DNA of 64,000 nt. Source: Callorhinchus milii. Its lineage: Eukaryota. Under the pieces are notes generated by a model. It worked only from the letters and a program-made list of their open reading frames with translations, was not told the origin of the DNA and searched no databases. Position 1 is the first letter of the stretch; every line of letters starts with the position of its first letter. The stretch covers positions 4,960,001 to 5,024,000 of the forward strand of contig NW_024704766.1 of assembly GCF_018977255.1 (NCBI RefSeq), read 5' to 3'. The translations under genes were made by a program, and so were the position numbers. This document shows positions 1 through 10,801 of this stretch, piece after piece.

Positions 1-384
1 TAACCATAATAACTTTTTAAAAATATATATTGATGTGAATGGGTTGCAGCGGTGCAGATTCACCAGGCAGGTGGATAAGTGGTCATGGTCTTATTTAAGA
101 AGCAACTTCAAACTGTAATGGAAAGATCAGTGTAGATTTAGATTTATCTGAATGTGTAGAGTGTAGATTTATCTACATACACTCTATACTTTACAGAATA
201 ATCTGTGAATCACTTTGAGCCATTGTGATAAAATAAAGTGCTGTATCCAATGCAAAGATTATTATTATTATTATGGAACTATGGGATCACATGGGCCTTT
301 CTTTATCCCCTCTACTTTTCTTGTGATCGTACAAAGCAAAAGGTTCCAAAGAGCGCTATTTGCATCTCCAAATAAGTTATCATT

Positions 385-800
385 GAATCGTAGAATTTTA
401 CAGCACAAAGGAGGCCATTCAGCCTATCGTGCCTGTGCCGGTCCTTTGAAAGAGCTCCCAACTTCCCCGCTCTTACCCCATAGCCCTGTACACAGTTCCT
501 TTTTAGGTATGTACCTACTTCTCTTTTGAAAGCTGGTATCGAATCTGCTTCCACCGGGCTTTCAGGCCGTGAGTTTCATAACTGTCTGGTTAAAAAAAAA
601 GTCTCCTCGTCTCCCCTCTGGTTCTTTTCCCAATTGACTTAAATCTGTGTCCACTGGTAACCGGCCCACCCAACCGCCAGAGTAAACAGTTTCTCCGTAT
701 TTATTCTATCAAAACCCCTCATAATTTTGAACACCTCTATTAAATCTCCCCTCAATCCCCTCTTCCCCAAATAGAATAATCCCAGCCTCTCACGTCCACA
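385..800 (-). mobile_element. Degenerate CR1 LINE 3' fragment
   Basis: ORF 312..554 (ADSIPAFKREVGTYLKR...GYG) resembles the CR1 ORF2 C-terminus and the CR1 copy at 22200-23260. Confidence 0.7.
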
Positions 801-807
801 GGTAGGC

Positions 808-1195
808 TAATAATAATAATCCTTGCATTGGATATAGCGCCTTTTTACGACTTCTAGACATCTCAAAACGCTTCACAGAATATACTGTAAAGTGAAACGA
901 CTGCGTTTTGTGGGCGAAACGCGGAAGCCAATTGCGCACGGCAGCAATCTCACGAACAGTTGTAAATTAAGTGACCAAATTATTCTTTTTTTTTAAGGAA
1001 TTATTACCCCTGGAAAAGCGATCCGCCAATCGATTAACATTGATTCTACCGATCTACTGTTAACGTTGTTTCGTACTTAACTGCTCGGTAAACAGAGGCG
1101 TGTGGGGTAAGGAAACTTGTCCAACGTTTTGCCCTGCCAGGATGAACCCAGGTTCTCTCACTTGCGAGGTTTAACCACTACGTTACAGGAATCCA
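808..1195 (-). mobile_element. tRNA-derived SINE, L2-tailed family
   Basis: (ATT)n tail and body shared with dozens of copies in the window. Confidence 0.8.
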
Positions 1196-1243
1196 CAGGA
1201 TGTCTCTATTTGTATAGTTAGCACCACAGTGCAATGAACCTAC

Positions 1244-1462
1244 CTGATAAGCAATAGCTCTACAAGCATCACACTTGAGATGGTCGGGCATGTGGTTAGA
1301 ATGAGCCTCCTCGTTATTCAGGTCGGGAGATTTCATCTCAATCGTTCCTGATGTTGCATATGGAAAGTGATCGCTTTCTTTCCTCTTCCTATCCCTGTGA
1401 TTGCCTCTGCCAGCAACCTCATACATACACATCACCAGCACGGCGGCAACAAGAAGCTTCAT
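1244..1462 (-). CDS. MZB1: MZB1-like (marginal zone B and B1 cell-specific protein / pERp1), first coding exon; remaining exons apparently beyond the window start
   Basis: ATG at 1462 gives signal peptide MKLLVAAVLVMC, then SPDLNNEEAHSNHMPDHLKCDACRAIAYQ, which matches MZB1 APQLDDEEMYSAHMPAHLRCDACRAVAYQ including the CxxC. Donor CAG|GTAGGT at 1243. Ortholog versus paralog is unresolved. Confidence 0.88.
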
Positions 1463-1596
1463 GGTTTCATCAATTATTGGCAATACTATACATTCAAACG
1501 GGGCTATTGAACAGTGTGAACCGCAGGCTGGCAGGAAACCAAGTGCTGATGTGTACTGTATGTGGCCCACGGTGTCTTCAGTTCATGTGCGCTGGA

Positions 1597-1613
1597 CCAA
1601 TGAGGAATCGAAA
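1597..1613 (+). promoter_or_regulatory. CCAAT box plus Ets-IRF composite element (GGAAnnGAAA) upstream of the MZB1-like ATG
   Basis: GGAATCGAAA at 1604-1613, immediately after CCAAT, about 140 bp upstream of the ATG. Motif match only. Confidence 0.4.
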
Positions 1614-2276
1614 AGCAGCAGCTTTAAGAAACTTTTTTTTTTAAAAAAAGTGAGCAAGAGATTGGGAGGGGAGAGAAAAATAATCTTTAAACAATCACTA
1701 TTTAGCAGGTTCTAAATCCTAACTCAAGTTTGGTAATTTTAGCTTAAAACTACACAAAACACGTCTGGCTCTCTGTTAAATGATTATACATTCTCGAGGG
1801 AACATCTGGCTCGACTCCCTTTGTTAATTACATTCCTATTTCTTCCCCCTTTTACAGCCTCGTCTATTTGCAGAATAACTTGAGCCGAGGAAAGGGCTAG
1901 CTTGCTCCCAACAAGACAGCAAAGCTGATTGGAATCAGCCAGGGAGAAGCTGTTCAAAAGGTGATGCTCACTAATTAATTTTCCGCCAACTTCATGTTTT
2001 TCACAGTTCTTTATAATGAAATGACTGTGAATAGAAAGCGCTGTGGGTTCAACTTGGGGGAATAATAATAATCCTTGCATTTGATATAACGTCTTCAAAA
2101 CGTCTCAAAGCGCTTCACAGAATACACTGTGAATTGACTGCATATTTTGTGAGCAAAACGTGGCAGCCAATTGCGCACAAACAGTCGTGGATTGAGCGAC
2201 ATTTTTTTTAGGGATTATTACTCCTGGTAAAAGCGATCCGCCACTCAACTAACAACTGGATTCCTACTTACTGCTA

Positions 2277-3650
2277 ACATAACATAACATGTAGGAGCAG
2301 GAGTAGGCCATTCGGCCCTTCGAGCCTGCCCCGCCATTCAATCATGGCTGATCTACTAATCTAACTCCAGCTAATAACCTGACCCTGCCTTATCCCCATA
2401 TCCCTTAATCCCTTTTGCAATAAGAAATCTATCTCTCTCAGTCTTGAATATGTTCAAGGACTGAGCGTCAACAGCCCTTTGGGGTAGCGAGTTCCATACA
2501 TTCACTGCCCTTTGAGTGAAGAAGTTCTTCCTCAACTCAGTGCGAAAGGGCTGCCTCTGATTTTAAGGTTGTGACCCCTGGTTTTAGTTTCTCCAACCGG
2601 GGGAAACAATCTCCCACTATCTACTCTATCATGCCCTTTGATGATCTTATAGGTTTCTATAAGATCCCCTCTAATTCTTCTATATTCTAGAGAATATAGG
2701 CCCAAATTGGTCAGCCTATCCTCGTAACTCATCCCCTTCATCCCTGGTACTAACCCAGTAAATCTACGCTGCACCCCCTCCAAGGCAAGTACATCCTTCC
2801 TTAAATAAGGAGACCAAAACTGCACACAGTATTCCAGGTGTGGTCTCACCAGGGCCCTATACAGTTGCAGCAAGACTTCCCTACTCTTATACTCTAATCC
2901 TTTCATAATGAATGCTAACATACCGTTCGCCTTCCTAATTGCTGCTGCACCTGCAGACTAACTTTCTGTGATTGGTGTCCAAGGACACCCGAGTCCCTCT
3001 GGACACTAACACATTCCAATCTCTCCCCTTCTAAAAAATAACCCACTCTTTTGCTCCCGAGGTGGATGACTTCGCACTTCCCTTTATTATACTTCATCTG
3101 CCACCCACCTGCCCAACCACCTATGTCTCGCTGCATTTTTTTAATGTCGTCCTCTGTGTTGACACTTCCTCCTAGTTTTGTGTCATCCACGAATTTAGAT
3201 ATATTAACTGCGATGTCCTCATCTAGATCGTTGATGTAGATGGTAAATAGCTGAGGCCCAAGGACTGATCCTTGTGGCACTCCACTAGTCACATCCCGCC
3301 AATCTGAAAAGGACCCGTTTATCCCTACTCTTTGTTTCCTACCCGTTAACCATTCCCCAATCCACGTTAATATGCTCCCCCGAATTCCATGGGCCCTTAT
3401 CTTTTGGATTAACCTTTTATGCGGCACCTTATCGAATACCTTCTGGAAGTCCAAACAGACCACATCCACTGATTCTCCCTTATCCAGTTTACTGGAAATA
3501 TCCTCAAAAAACTCTATGAGATTTGTCAAACATGACATCCCTTTTGTAAAGCCACGTTGACTTGGCTTAATTATATTGTGCCCTAAACACCGCACTACCA
3601 CATCCTTAAAGAATGATTCCAAAATGTTTCCTATCACTGATGTGGATAAA
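2277..3650 (-). mobile_element. CR1 LINE, 5'-truncated, reverse-transcriptase region with a frameshift, nested in a SINE (2062-2276 and 3652-3775)
   Basis: ORFs 2915..3718 (LDFQKVFDKVPH, GVPQGSVLGP, KFVDDTKL) and 2532..2921 (RPHLEYCVQFWSP) are typical CR1 ORF2. Confidence 0.93.
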
Positions 3651-3802
3651 CTGGGTAAACATGAGTGTGTGCGGAGTAAGGGAACCTGCCCAATGTTTCG
3701 TTCCTGCCCGGGAATCAACTACAGGTCCTCTCGCTTGCGAGGCGAGTGTTCTCACCACTGAGCTACAGGACTCCACAGCATCAGGGCAAACATACTCTCA
3801 GA

Positions 3803-4200
3803 ACAACAACAAATTGACATTTATAGAGCGCCTTTCACGTCAGGAGGACGTCAGGGGTCGGGACCCGAGCATGGAGGAGGGATGGGGGTGAGGGTGAGGA
3901 AAGGGGGAGAGGTGGGAGGGCGACCGAATGCACGATCGAAGAGAAAGGTCTTGAGATCAGTCTTGGAGTTCCAGAGTGTGGGGCAGAGAGGCTGAAAGCC
4001 CGGCCACCGATGGTAGGGTGGGTCGGGCGGGTGACATGGAGCAGGTGGAGCCCGCTGACCGGAGGGAGTGGGCGGGTTGGTAGGGAGTCAGCAGGTCAGA
4101 GAGGGAGGAGGGGGCAAAGCCGTGGAGGGCCTCGAAAGTGAGGACGAGGATCTTGAACCCGATCCTCTGGGGGATGGGGAGCCGGTGGAGTCGGGCGAGG
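3803..4200 (-). mobile_element. L2 LINE 3' fragment
   Basis: Reverse complement of the L2 3' end at 21050-21630; (TTG)n tail. Confidence 0.75.
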
Positions 4201-4559
4201 GCGGGGGCGACGGGGTCGGCCGGGGCGGGGGTGAGGGGGTCGGGCGAGGGCGACGGGGTCGGGCGAGGGTGACGGGGTGAGGGGTCGGGCGGGGGCGACG
4301 GGGTCGGGCGAGGGTGAGGGGGTCGGGTGAGGGCGGGGGTGAGGGGGTCGGGTGAGGGTGAGGGGGTCGGGCGAGGGCGGGGGTGAGGGGGTCGGGCGAG
4401 GGCGAGGGCGGGGTGTCAGGTGGGGGTGACGGGGTCGGGGGTCTGAGGCGGTGTCCGGGTTCCTGACCGGCTCAGTGAGGCTGAGTGTGTGTGTGTGGGG
4501 GGTGGTGGGGGGGGGACAGGCTGGAGGGGCTGAATGGCCTCCCCTCCTGTTCCTGACCT

Positions 4560-4870
4560 CACACTTACTCCCCGGGGCAGCACTTCGCTGCTGCTGCTCT
4601 CGCCGCTGACGTCATTTGGCTTCCGGCCCAAACCCGCCCCTCGGCCCGTTGGCGCCGCAGACCGACTCCTCCCATTGGCTAACCCGGCCGTCCGTCACTC
4701 GGCTCGACCAATCACCCGAGGGGGGGAAGGGCCCTGACGGGGCGGGCCGGCGGGCCATCCCGGCCTCTGATTGGTTCGCGGCCGCGCACGGACGAAGAGC
4801 GCACCAATCGGGGACGGGCGCCTGTGACCCGCCGCGCGCGACGCGGGGCTGAATGTCCCGCCTTCTTAGG
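4560..4870 (-). promoter_or_regulatory. CpG-island promoter with a probable non-coding first exon ending at 4569
   Basis: CpG-rich. Four CCAAT boxes (4674, 4708, 4770, 4804), GC box 4633-4640, ETS CTTCCGG 4620-4626, CRE TGACGTCA 4607-4614, minus-strand donor GGA|GTAAGT at 4568. Confidence 0.7.
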
Positions 4871-5262
4871 CAGAGGGGGGGGGGAAGGGGCAATGGGGTC
4901 AGGGGGTCAATGGGGGGCAGAGGGGTCGGGGCAATGGGGGCCAATGGGGAGGCAGAGGGGAGGGGCAATGGGGTCAGGGGTCAATGGGGGGCAATGGGGG
5001 GGCAGAGGGGAGGGGTAATGGGGTCAATGGGGGGTCAATGGGGGAGGCAGAGGGGAAGGGCAATGGGGTAAGGGGTCAACGGGGGGCAATGGGGGGTAGA
5101 AGGGGGGGGGCAATGGGGTCAGGGGTCAATGGGGGGCAGAGGGGGAGGGCAATGGGGTCAGGGGGTCAATGGGGGGGCAGAGGGGAAGGGGCAATGGGGG
5201 AGAGGGGAGGGGCAATGATGGGACAGAGGGGGGGGCAGTGGGGGGCAATGGGGTGGGGAGAG
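4870..5262 (+). repeat. Degenerate G-rich minisatellite (GGGGCAATGGGGTCA-like units)
   Basis: Repeated GGCAATGGGG, GGGGTCAATG and GGCAGAGGG blocks. Confidence 0.8.
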
Positions 5263-5609
5263 GATAATAATAATAATCCCGGCATTTGTCGCAGCCCCTT
5301 ATCAGGTCTTCGAGCCGTCTCAAAGCGCTTTCCAGAGTACACTGTAAAGCGTAGTGACTGTGTGTTTCGCGGGGGGGGGGGGGGGAGTGCGGCAGCCGAT
5401 CGCGCCCGGCGGTCGCGGAATCGAAGCGAAGTTATTTCTAAACAAATCACTCTCTTAAGGGGATTATCAGCCCCCCCCGGGGGGCATCGAACCCGGGTCC
5501 TCTTGCGAGCGGGAGGCAAGGGCTCCAACCGCTGAGCGACACGACCACCCCCACCCCCCCCAACCCCCCCGCCTCGGGCAAGCGGCGGAACTAACTCGAT
5601 TAACTCATA

Positions 5610-6002
5610 GCCCCAACCGCCCGACCATCGGTGGCCTTCAGCCTCTCAGCCCCGAGGCTCTGGAAGTCCATCCCCAGTGCCTTCGCCGCTTCCTCCCTTT
5701 CCTCCTTCAAGGCCGGTCTCAAGACCTTTCTCTTTGACCTTCAGCCTTCAGCTCCCCTCTCGACTCTCTACCCCCTCCTCGTCCCTCCCTCCCTTCCCTC
5801 ACCCTGACCATTTCCCCCTCCTTGCTCCCCCCCTCCCCCTCACCCTGACCATTTCCCCCTCCTCGCTCCCTCCATCCCTCCCCTCACCCTGACCATTTCC
5901 CCCCTGCTCGGGTCATGACCCAACTGTGCAGCGCCTTGGGACGTCCTCCCGACGTGAAAGGCGCTTTATAAATGGAATCTTGTTGTTGTTGTTGTTGTTG
6001 TT
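5610..6002 (+). mobile_element. L2 LINE 3' fragment
   Basis: Near-identical to 21285-21630, including the GGGACGTCCTCCCGACGTGAAAGGCGC tail and (TTG)n. Confidence 0.85.
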
Positions 6003-6764
6003 AACGCCCTCCGGTTAAACGGACCCGGTGAGCGTCCGCCGCGCCGGGATGACGGGACTCGTGGATTTTTTTACCCGGGCGGAAAGTTGACCTTATTTTT
6101 TTCGCCCACCTTTCAAGTGATCGGGGACTGCAAAGCATTCACAGCATCTGTGCAAACCCACACGTCTGGTATGCGTCTGGATCAGAGAGGTAGTAAATCA
6201 CCATCGTGTCGGATGACAAACTTCCTTTTTCCTTTCCCTTGAAATCGTCGCAGCCGATCGAAAGGGGATGAGACCACATTTTTCGAAGAAACCCAGCGAA
6301 TTCTCACCAGAGGGGGAATGCGATACGCGCATGATTAATACTGCTGGTCTGAGCCGACGAGGCCTGGCAAACACTGATCAATCGGGTGAGGCCAACTCAC
6401 AAGGCTTTGCAAAGAAAGTGAGCGGAGGGAAAGAAAAGTCATAGCTCACGGAAAATAGTCATCAGCTGGCGGTGAGCAGAGACCGTCGGGCTCGGTTAGG
6501 ACCAGCAAACTGTTGCGACTGACTGCAAAACTGCAGACGCAGTGATCCACCCTTATTTTTCTTAGGACGCATTCAATGGGTGCAATGGGTTGCGTTTCGT
6601 CGCCCTGAACAGGTCACAGTCGGCTGGAATGGCTTGTGCTAAGCCCTCTGGAGGCGCTACCCTGGGTGAGGGGTGTCGTAAGAAGGAAAGAGGGCAGTAG
6701 TTTGGCCGGTAGCACGCACCATCATCTGCGCAGTTAGTGGCGAGGAATGGATGTTGGAAACCCA

Positions 6765-6945
6765 CTTCTCTTTCGATAGTGTCATGGGATCTTTAAAATC
6801 CACTTGAAGAAAGGGAGACGGACCCTCTATTTAACGTTTTATTTAAGAGATTACATGGCATGTCCGACAATTATCGCGCGGGAGTGTAGCCTAGACTGTC
6901 AGCTCCGTTCTTGACCCCGAAGAGAGTGCTAACGACTGAGGCAAG
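6765..6945 (-). mobile_element. Old Deu-domain SINE fragment
   Basis: Degenerate match to the Deu core as recalled (GTCGGAGGTGCC...GAGACGTTAAACCG...AAAGATCCCATGGCACTATT). Confidence 0.55.
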
Positions 6946-7899
6946 AGGGTTATTTTGCACTGTCAGCCTTGCTACCTTACACACCGACGGGAAGGTGAAC
7001 TGCCGGAATCAGAGCTGCAAACAGAAAATGCTGCAATTGCACAGAAAGTGAACTAGCGATCGAAAGTTATACTATCGTTAGCTTGTTCTAAGTGCAAATA
7101 GAACAATTACCGATCAGTCCCATCCACCGCAAACGGCAGTCCGCCAAGTGGATAGAAGTGTAGAACACAAATGTTTTGAGAAATCGTAACGGGTTCTGAT
7201 ACTGAGCCTTTTTTATTTTGACGTTAAAGAAATGTGACAAAGCCGGGAAACGGCATCAGAGGCCGTAACAGTGGAGTGCAGGAAAGGGTCTGCGGAAAAG
7301 AAGAGCGAAGATCATCCATTCCCCTCATGATAATGTAGCATATTTGGGCCGACTGACCTTTAACACCATCACAGACAGGACCTGCAAAGCTTGAGTTACC
7401 CGAACTTGTGTCTGACAGTACGCAGTAAAGCTGGTGACCTTTACTAATTATAGCCCGTGCTGCCCTTGCTGGCATTCGTTCAACCATCGCTTGGCACACT
7501 CCAATGAGTTGTTCCATCTCCCACAGTAAAGCCACTGGGATCTGCGCTGCCGATAGATTGTATTACAAGTCCTTTGCCAGCAATTCTATGAATTGAGCTG
7601 GCAACACAATGTGCAGAATGATTCACTGTAGTCTTAGCGCTGTACTTGGAACTGCCCCACACAATTTTCGGTTAATGAAAACACTCTTTTTTTAATACAA
7701 CTCCAAATACTAACATATTTCAGTGGCTTCAAGGAGATGGAAGTCGCATACCTAAGGGCAAAAAGTGATTGCAGTCTCGGTATCCTGAGATTGATCAGGA
7801 TAATAACCTAACGTGAAAGGCTGAGTAAATTGGGATTGTTATATTATATATAACCCCCAACTAAATGGTGACAAGATGGAAGCCATACTCATTTGCTCC

Positions 7900-8270
7900 C
7901 GTCAACTTCTTCTATTCAGCGGCTCTGACTTCCTCAACCTTCCCCGGCCTATCCCTCAGACTTAATAAACCAGTGCGAAACCTAGGCATCAAGTTCGACC
8001 CCCAGCTGTCCTTCCTTCCCCACATCCAGTCCCTCACCAGGACCACCTTCCTCCACCTCAGCCACATTGCCCACCTCCGACCGTGTACCCCACCCCAGAC
8101 GCAGCCCAAAACACTCCATGCGTTCGACACCTCCCGACTCGACTTCTCAAATGCCCTCTTGAGCGGTCTCCCCAGTTCCACCAGGCACAGGATCCAACTG
8201 ATCCCAAACTCCACAACCCGCATAACTCACCGTTACTAAACTCCGTGCCCCCCATCGCACCAGTTCTAGC
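7900..8270 (+). mobile_element. L2 LINE internal fragment
   Basis: ORF 7865..8239: VRNLGIKFDPQLSFLPHI...HAFDTSRLDFSNALLSGLP, typical of L2 ORF2 downstream of RT. Confidence 0.85.
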
Positions 8271-10801
8271 CGGGGCTCCAGCCAGGTGTCTGACACATGC
8301 CTGCGTTAGCGGGTCACAGAGGTAGGAAGGAGTGCATTTCTCTCAAGATTTCTTTATTCGTGAATAATGAGTGAACGAGGTGGAATAAAAGTAAATATTT
8401 GTATCAGATACAAAATGTGTCTCTCTCTCTCTCTCTTTCTACCTAGCACAACACACAGAAATATTACTAATATTTATTGAACCCACCCCGCCCCCCCGCC
8501 CCCTCCACCCCAAAAAAGTTTTTAAAACAAATTGCCGTTGGAGGCAACATGATCTCTTTGATAATCGATCGATATCAGAAATTTAAATTGTGGTTTTATT
8601 TATATACACTACTGAGATCTCACGCATCTCAACAGTCTTTGCCCCCATTGTCAACTTTGTCTCATAGTGGTGCAGGTTACATGTTATGATACATAAGCAC
8701 AGACGCACACAATAAAACTTAGTTACTGGATTAACCCATATTTCAATCGGCACTCAAATCAAAATACTGCTGTCAAATTCCTATAATTGACTCTTATCTA
8801 TTGCTAACCAAAGTGCCATGATAGGCATTGCTTTTATGTGTGCTGAACAGATCTATCCATTGACCCTCAAAGCGTGTTTGAACCATTATTCTTTCCCCCC
8901 CATCGCCGCCCCCCCCGCCGCCAATCCTAAGGTGATAGAGTACAGCATCACTGCCACGGGAAACCCTCTGCTACGTTGCATAAGTGGCCATTTGGAGTAA
9001 ATACCGAGCGTTAGCACAGTATGAGACTTCAGCGTCAATCAAGCCTGATTTTCTCCTTACCCGCTGTCGAGCAGGAACCACTGGGCAGTGCTCGGGAGCG
9101 GGGCACCGAGGACCACACTACTGAGCTAAGATCAAGTAATTCAGCACCAAGAGAATCTGCTGATCAAACCTGGGACCTCCGGTTGTGTTTGGTTCAGTTT
9201 CAAGGCTCCGAATGCATATTTGATCATGCGATAGGAGCTGAGATATTAGCAAGGTTATTTTTGAAAGAGATTATAGGAAGAGCGAGCCGGCTGGCACGTT
9301 CTGACCTCTATCCTTTCATCTCTGGTTCCTCCGATGAATACCAGACCGGGATTGAAAATCTCTCTCTCTCTCTTTCTCTCTCTGTCTCCGTCTCTCTTCC
9401 TGCTACAGATGTCCTAAATTTTACTCTGATTTGAAGCAATGACAGAGAGGGAGAGAGCGAGAGAGAGAGAGACAGATGCTGATATTCAGTATGAATAAGT
9501 ACTTGGGCTTCAATAATAATAACATTCCTTGCATTTGATACAGCGCCTTATCACATCATCGAAACGGCAGCCAATTGCGCACAGCAGTGTCCCACAAACA
9601 GTCGTGGATTGAGGGATCAATTTATTAATCTTTTTTTGACGGCAGCACATTTTTCAACGGGCAAATGGCCTCTTTCTTTATCCTTTATTTTGTTCCAATT
9701 TCCTCCTCACCTCGTTAATTAGGAAAAAGCAGCTTAAGATGAACAACACAGGTGACAGGAAAGTTCTTTAGCTGCTTATCTAACACGATACCTTATTTTC
9801 TGAATGTTAATACTTGCATAAAGCCTTCGTATCTCTCTCATCTGATATCCCACACGTCAAAAAAAAATAACCATACCTACTCCAGTAATATGACAAGAAC
9901 ATTATAAAATGGCAATAGACCATTCAGCAAATCAAGTCTGTGTGAACGTTTTCCTCCTAGTCTAATCTCACTTTGCTGATCTCTCCTCAAACCTTGCCGT
10001 ACAATTTATGACAGTAGTGTGACAAAGTAAAAATAATAAGATTACAAAAACAAAGGGGTAGGATAACTTTGCCCGGGAACTAACCGAGTTAATTTCAAAA
10101 TGCAGCCCCCACCCACTGACATAAACTTGACTAAATGCAAACTTTGGTTAAGAATTACAACATTTTTCAAAGCCACTTTTTTTTCCCCCAATAATGAGAG
10201 AAAGATTCAAAATGTGCACTTGGAAAATCACTCTGGGAAAATCACAGGGGCTTTTCTCAGTAATTATATACCCTTATCTTCTGTGACAGTAACATATCTA
10301 TTTGCACTATTGTAACTAGAAGATTTTGACTCTCAAGTTACTACTCTTTGTGAGGTGCATGAGTCAGTTATTCAACCAAATGCTACCAAGTGAAATACTT
10401 GTAGATGCTGGAGCAAACCAGAATCTGTTGGCTTGCAATGAGAACATTCCCCCGTAACCAAGATCCTCTATAGGATGGATCTACTTTCCTTAGATGTGGT
10501 TAACAGAAAATAAGGGAAGGTGTTTGTGAATGGTTGTGTAAGCTTGTCAATCATGTTTGAGACGGTAGTAAATCTTAGCTGTTATCTCCAGAGTGAATAC
10601 ACAGATCCATTTATCCTTTTCGTGATGAACAGTGTGTTCGGTCTTCTTCCAACCAGACACTAAGCTTGCTGCTCGCTTGACTGCAGCCACGATACCTCTT
10701 CCTCCGCTTGAGTTAACATGTGTGTGTCATGCTTGTCCTTAATCCACTGTAAAGCTACCGTAGGACGAGATGCTAGTCACTCCAGCATTGTGCTGTGATG
10801 A

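Noticed and set aside
2532-3718. Reverse-transcriptase ORFs (also 20098-20788 and 22244-23209) as a novel host or defence system
   Set aside because: Ordinary truncated, frameshifted CR1 and L2 LINE ORF2 pieces.
6010-7700. Divergent gene or snoRNA in unique sequence beyond the CpG island (ORFs 6562..6765 and 7224..7535)
   Set aside because: No recognisable motif, no consistent exon chain, and no convincing C/D or H/ACA box pair.
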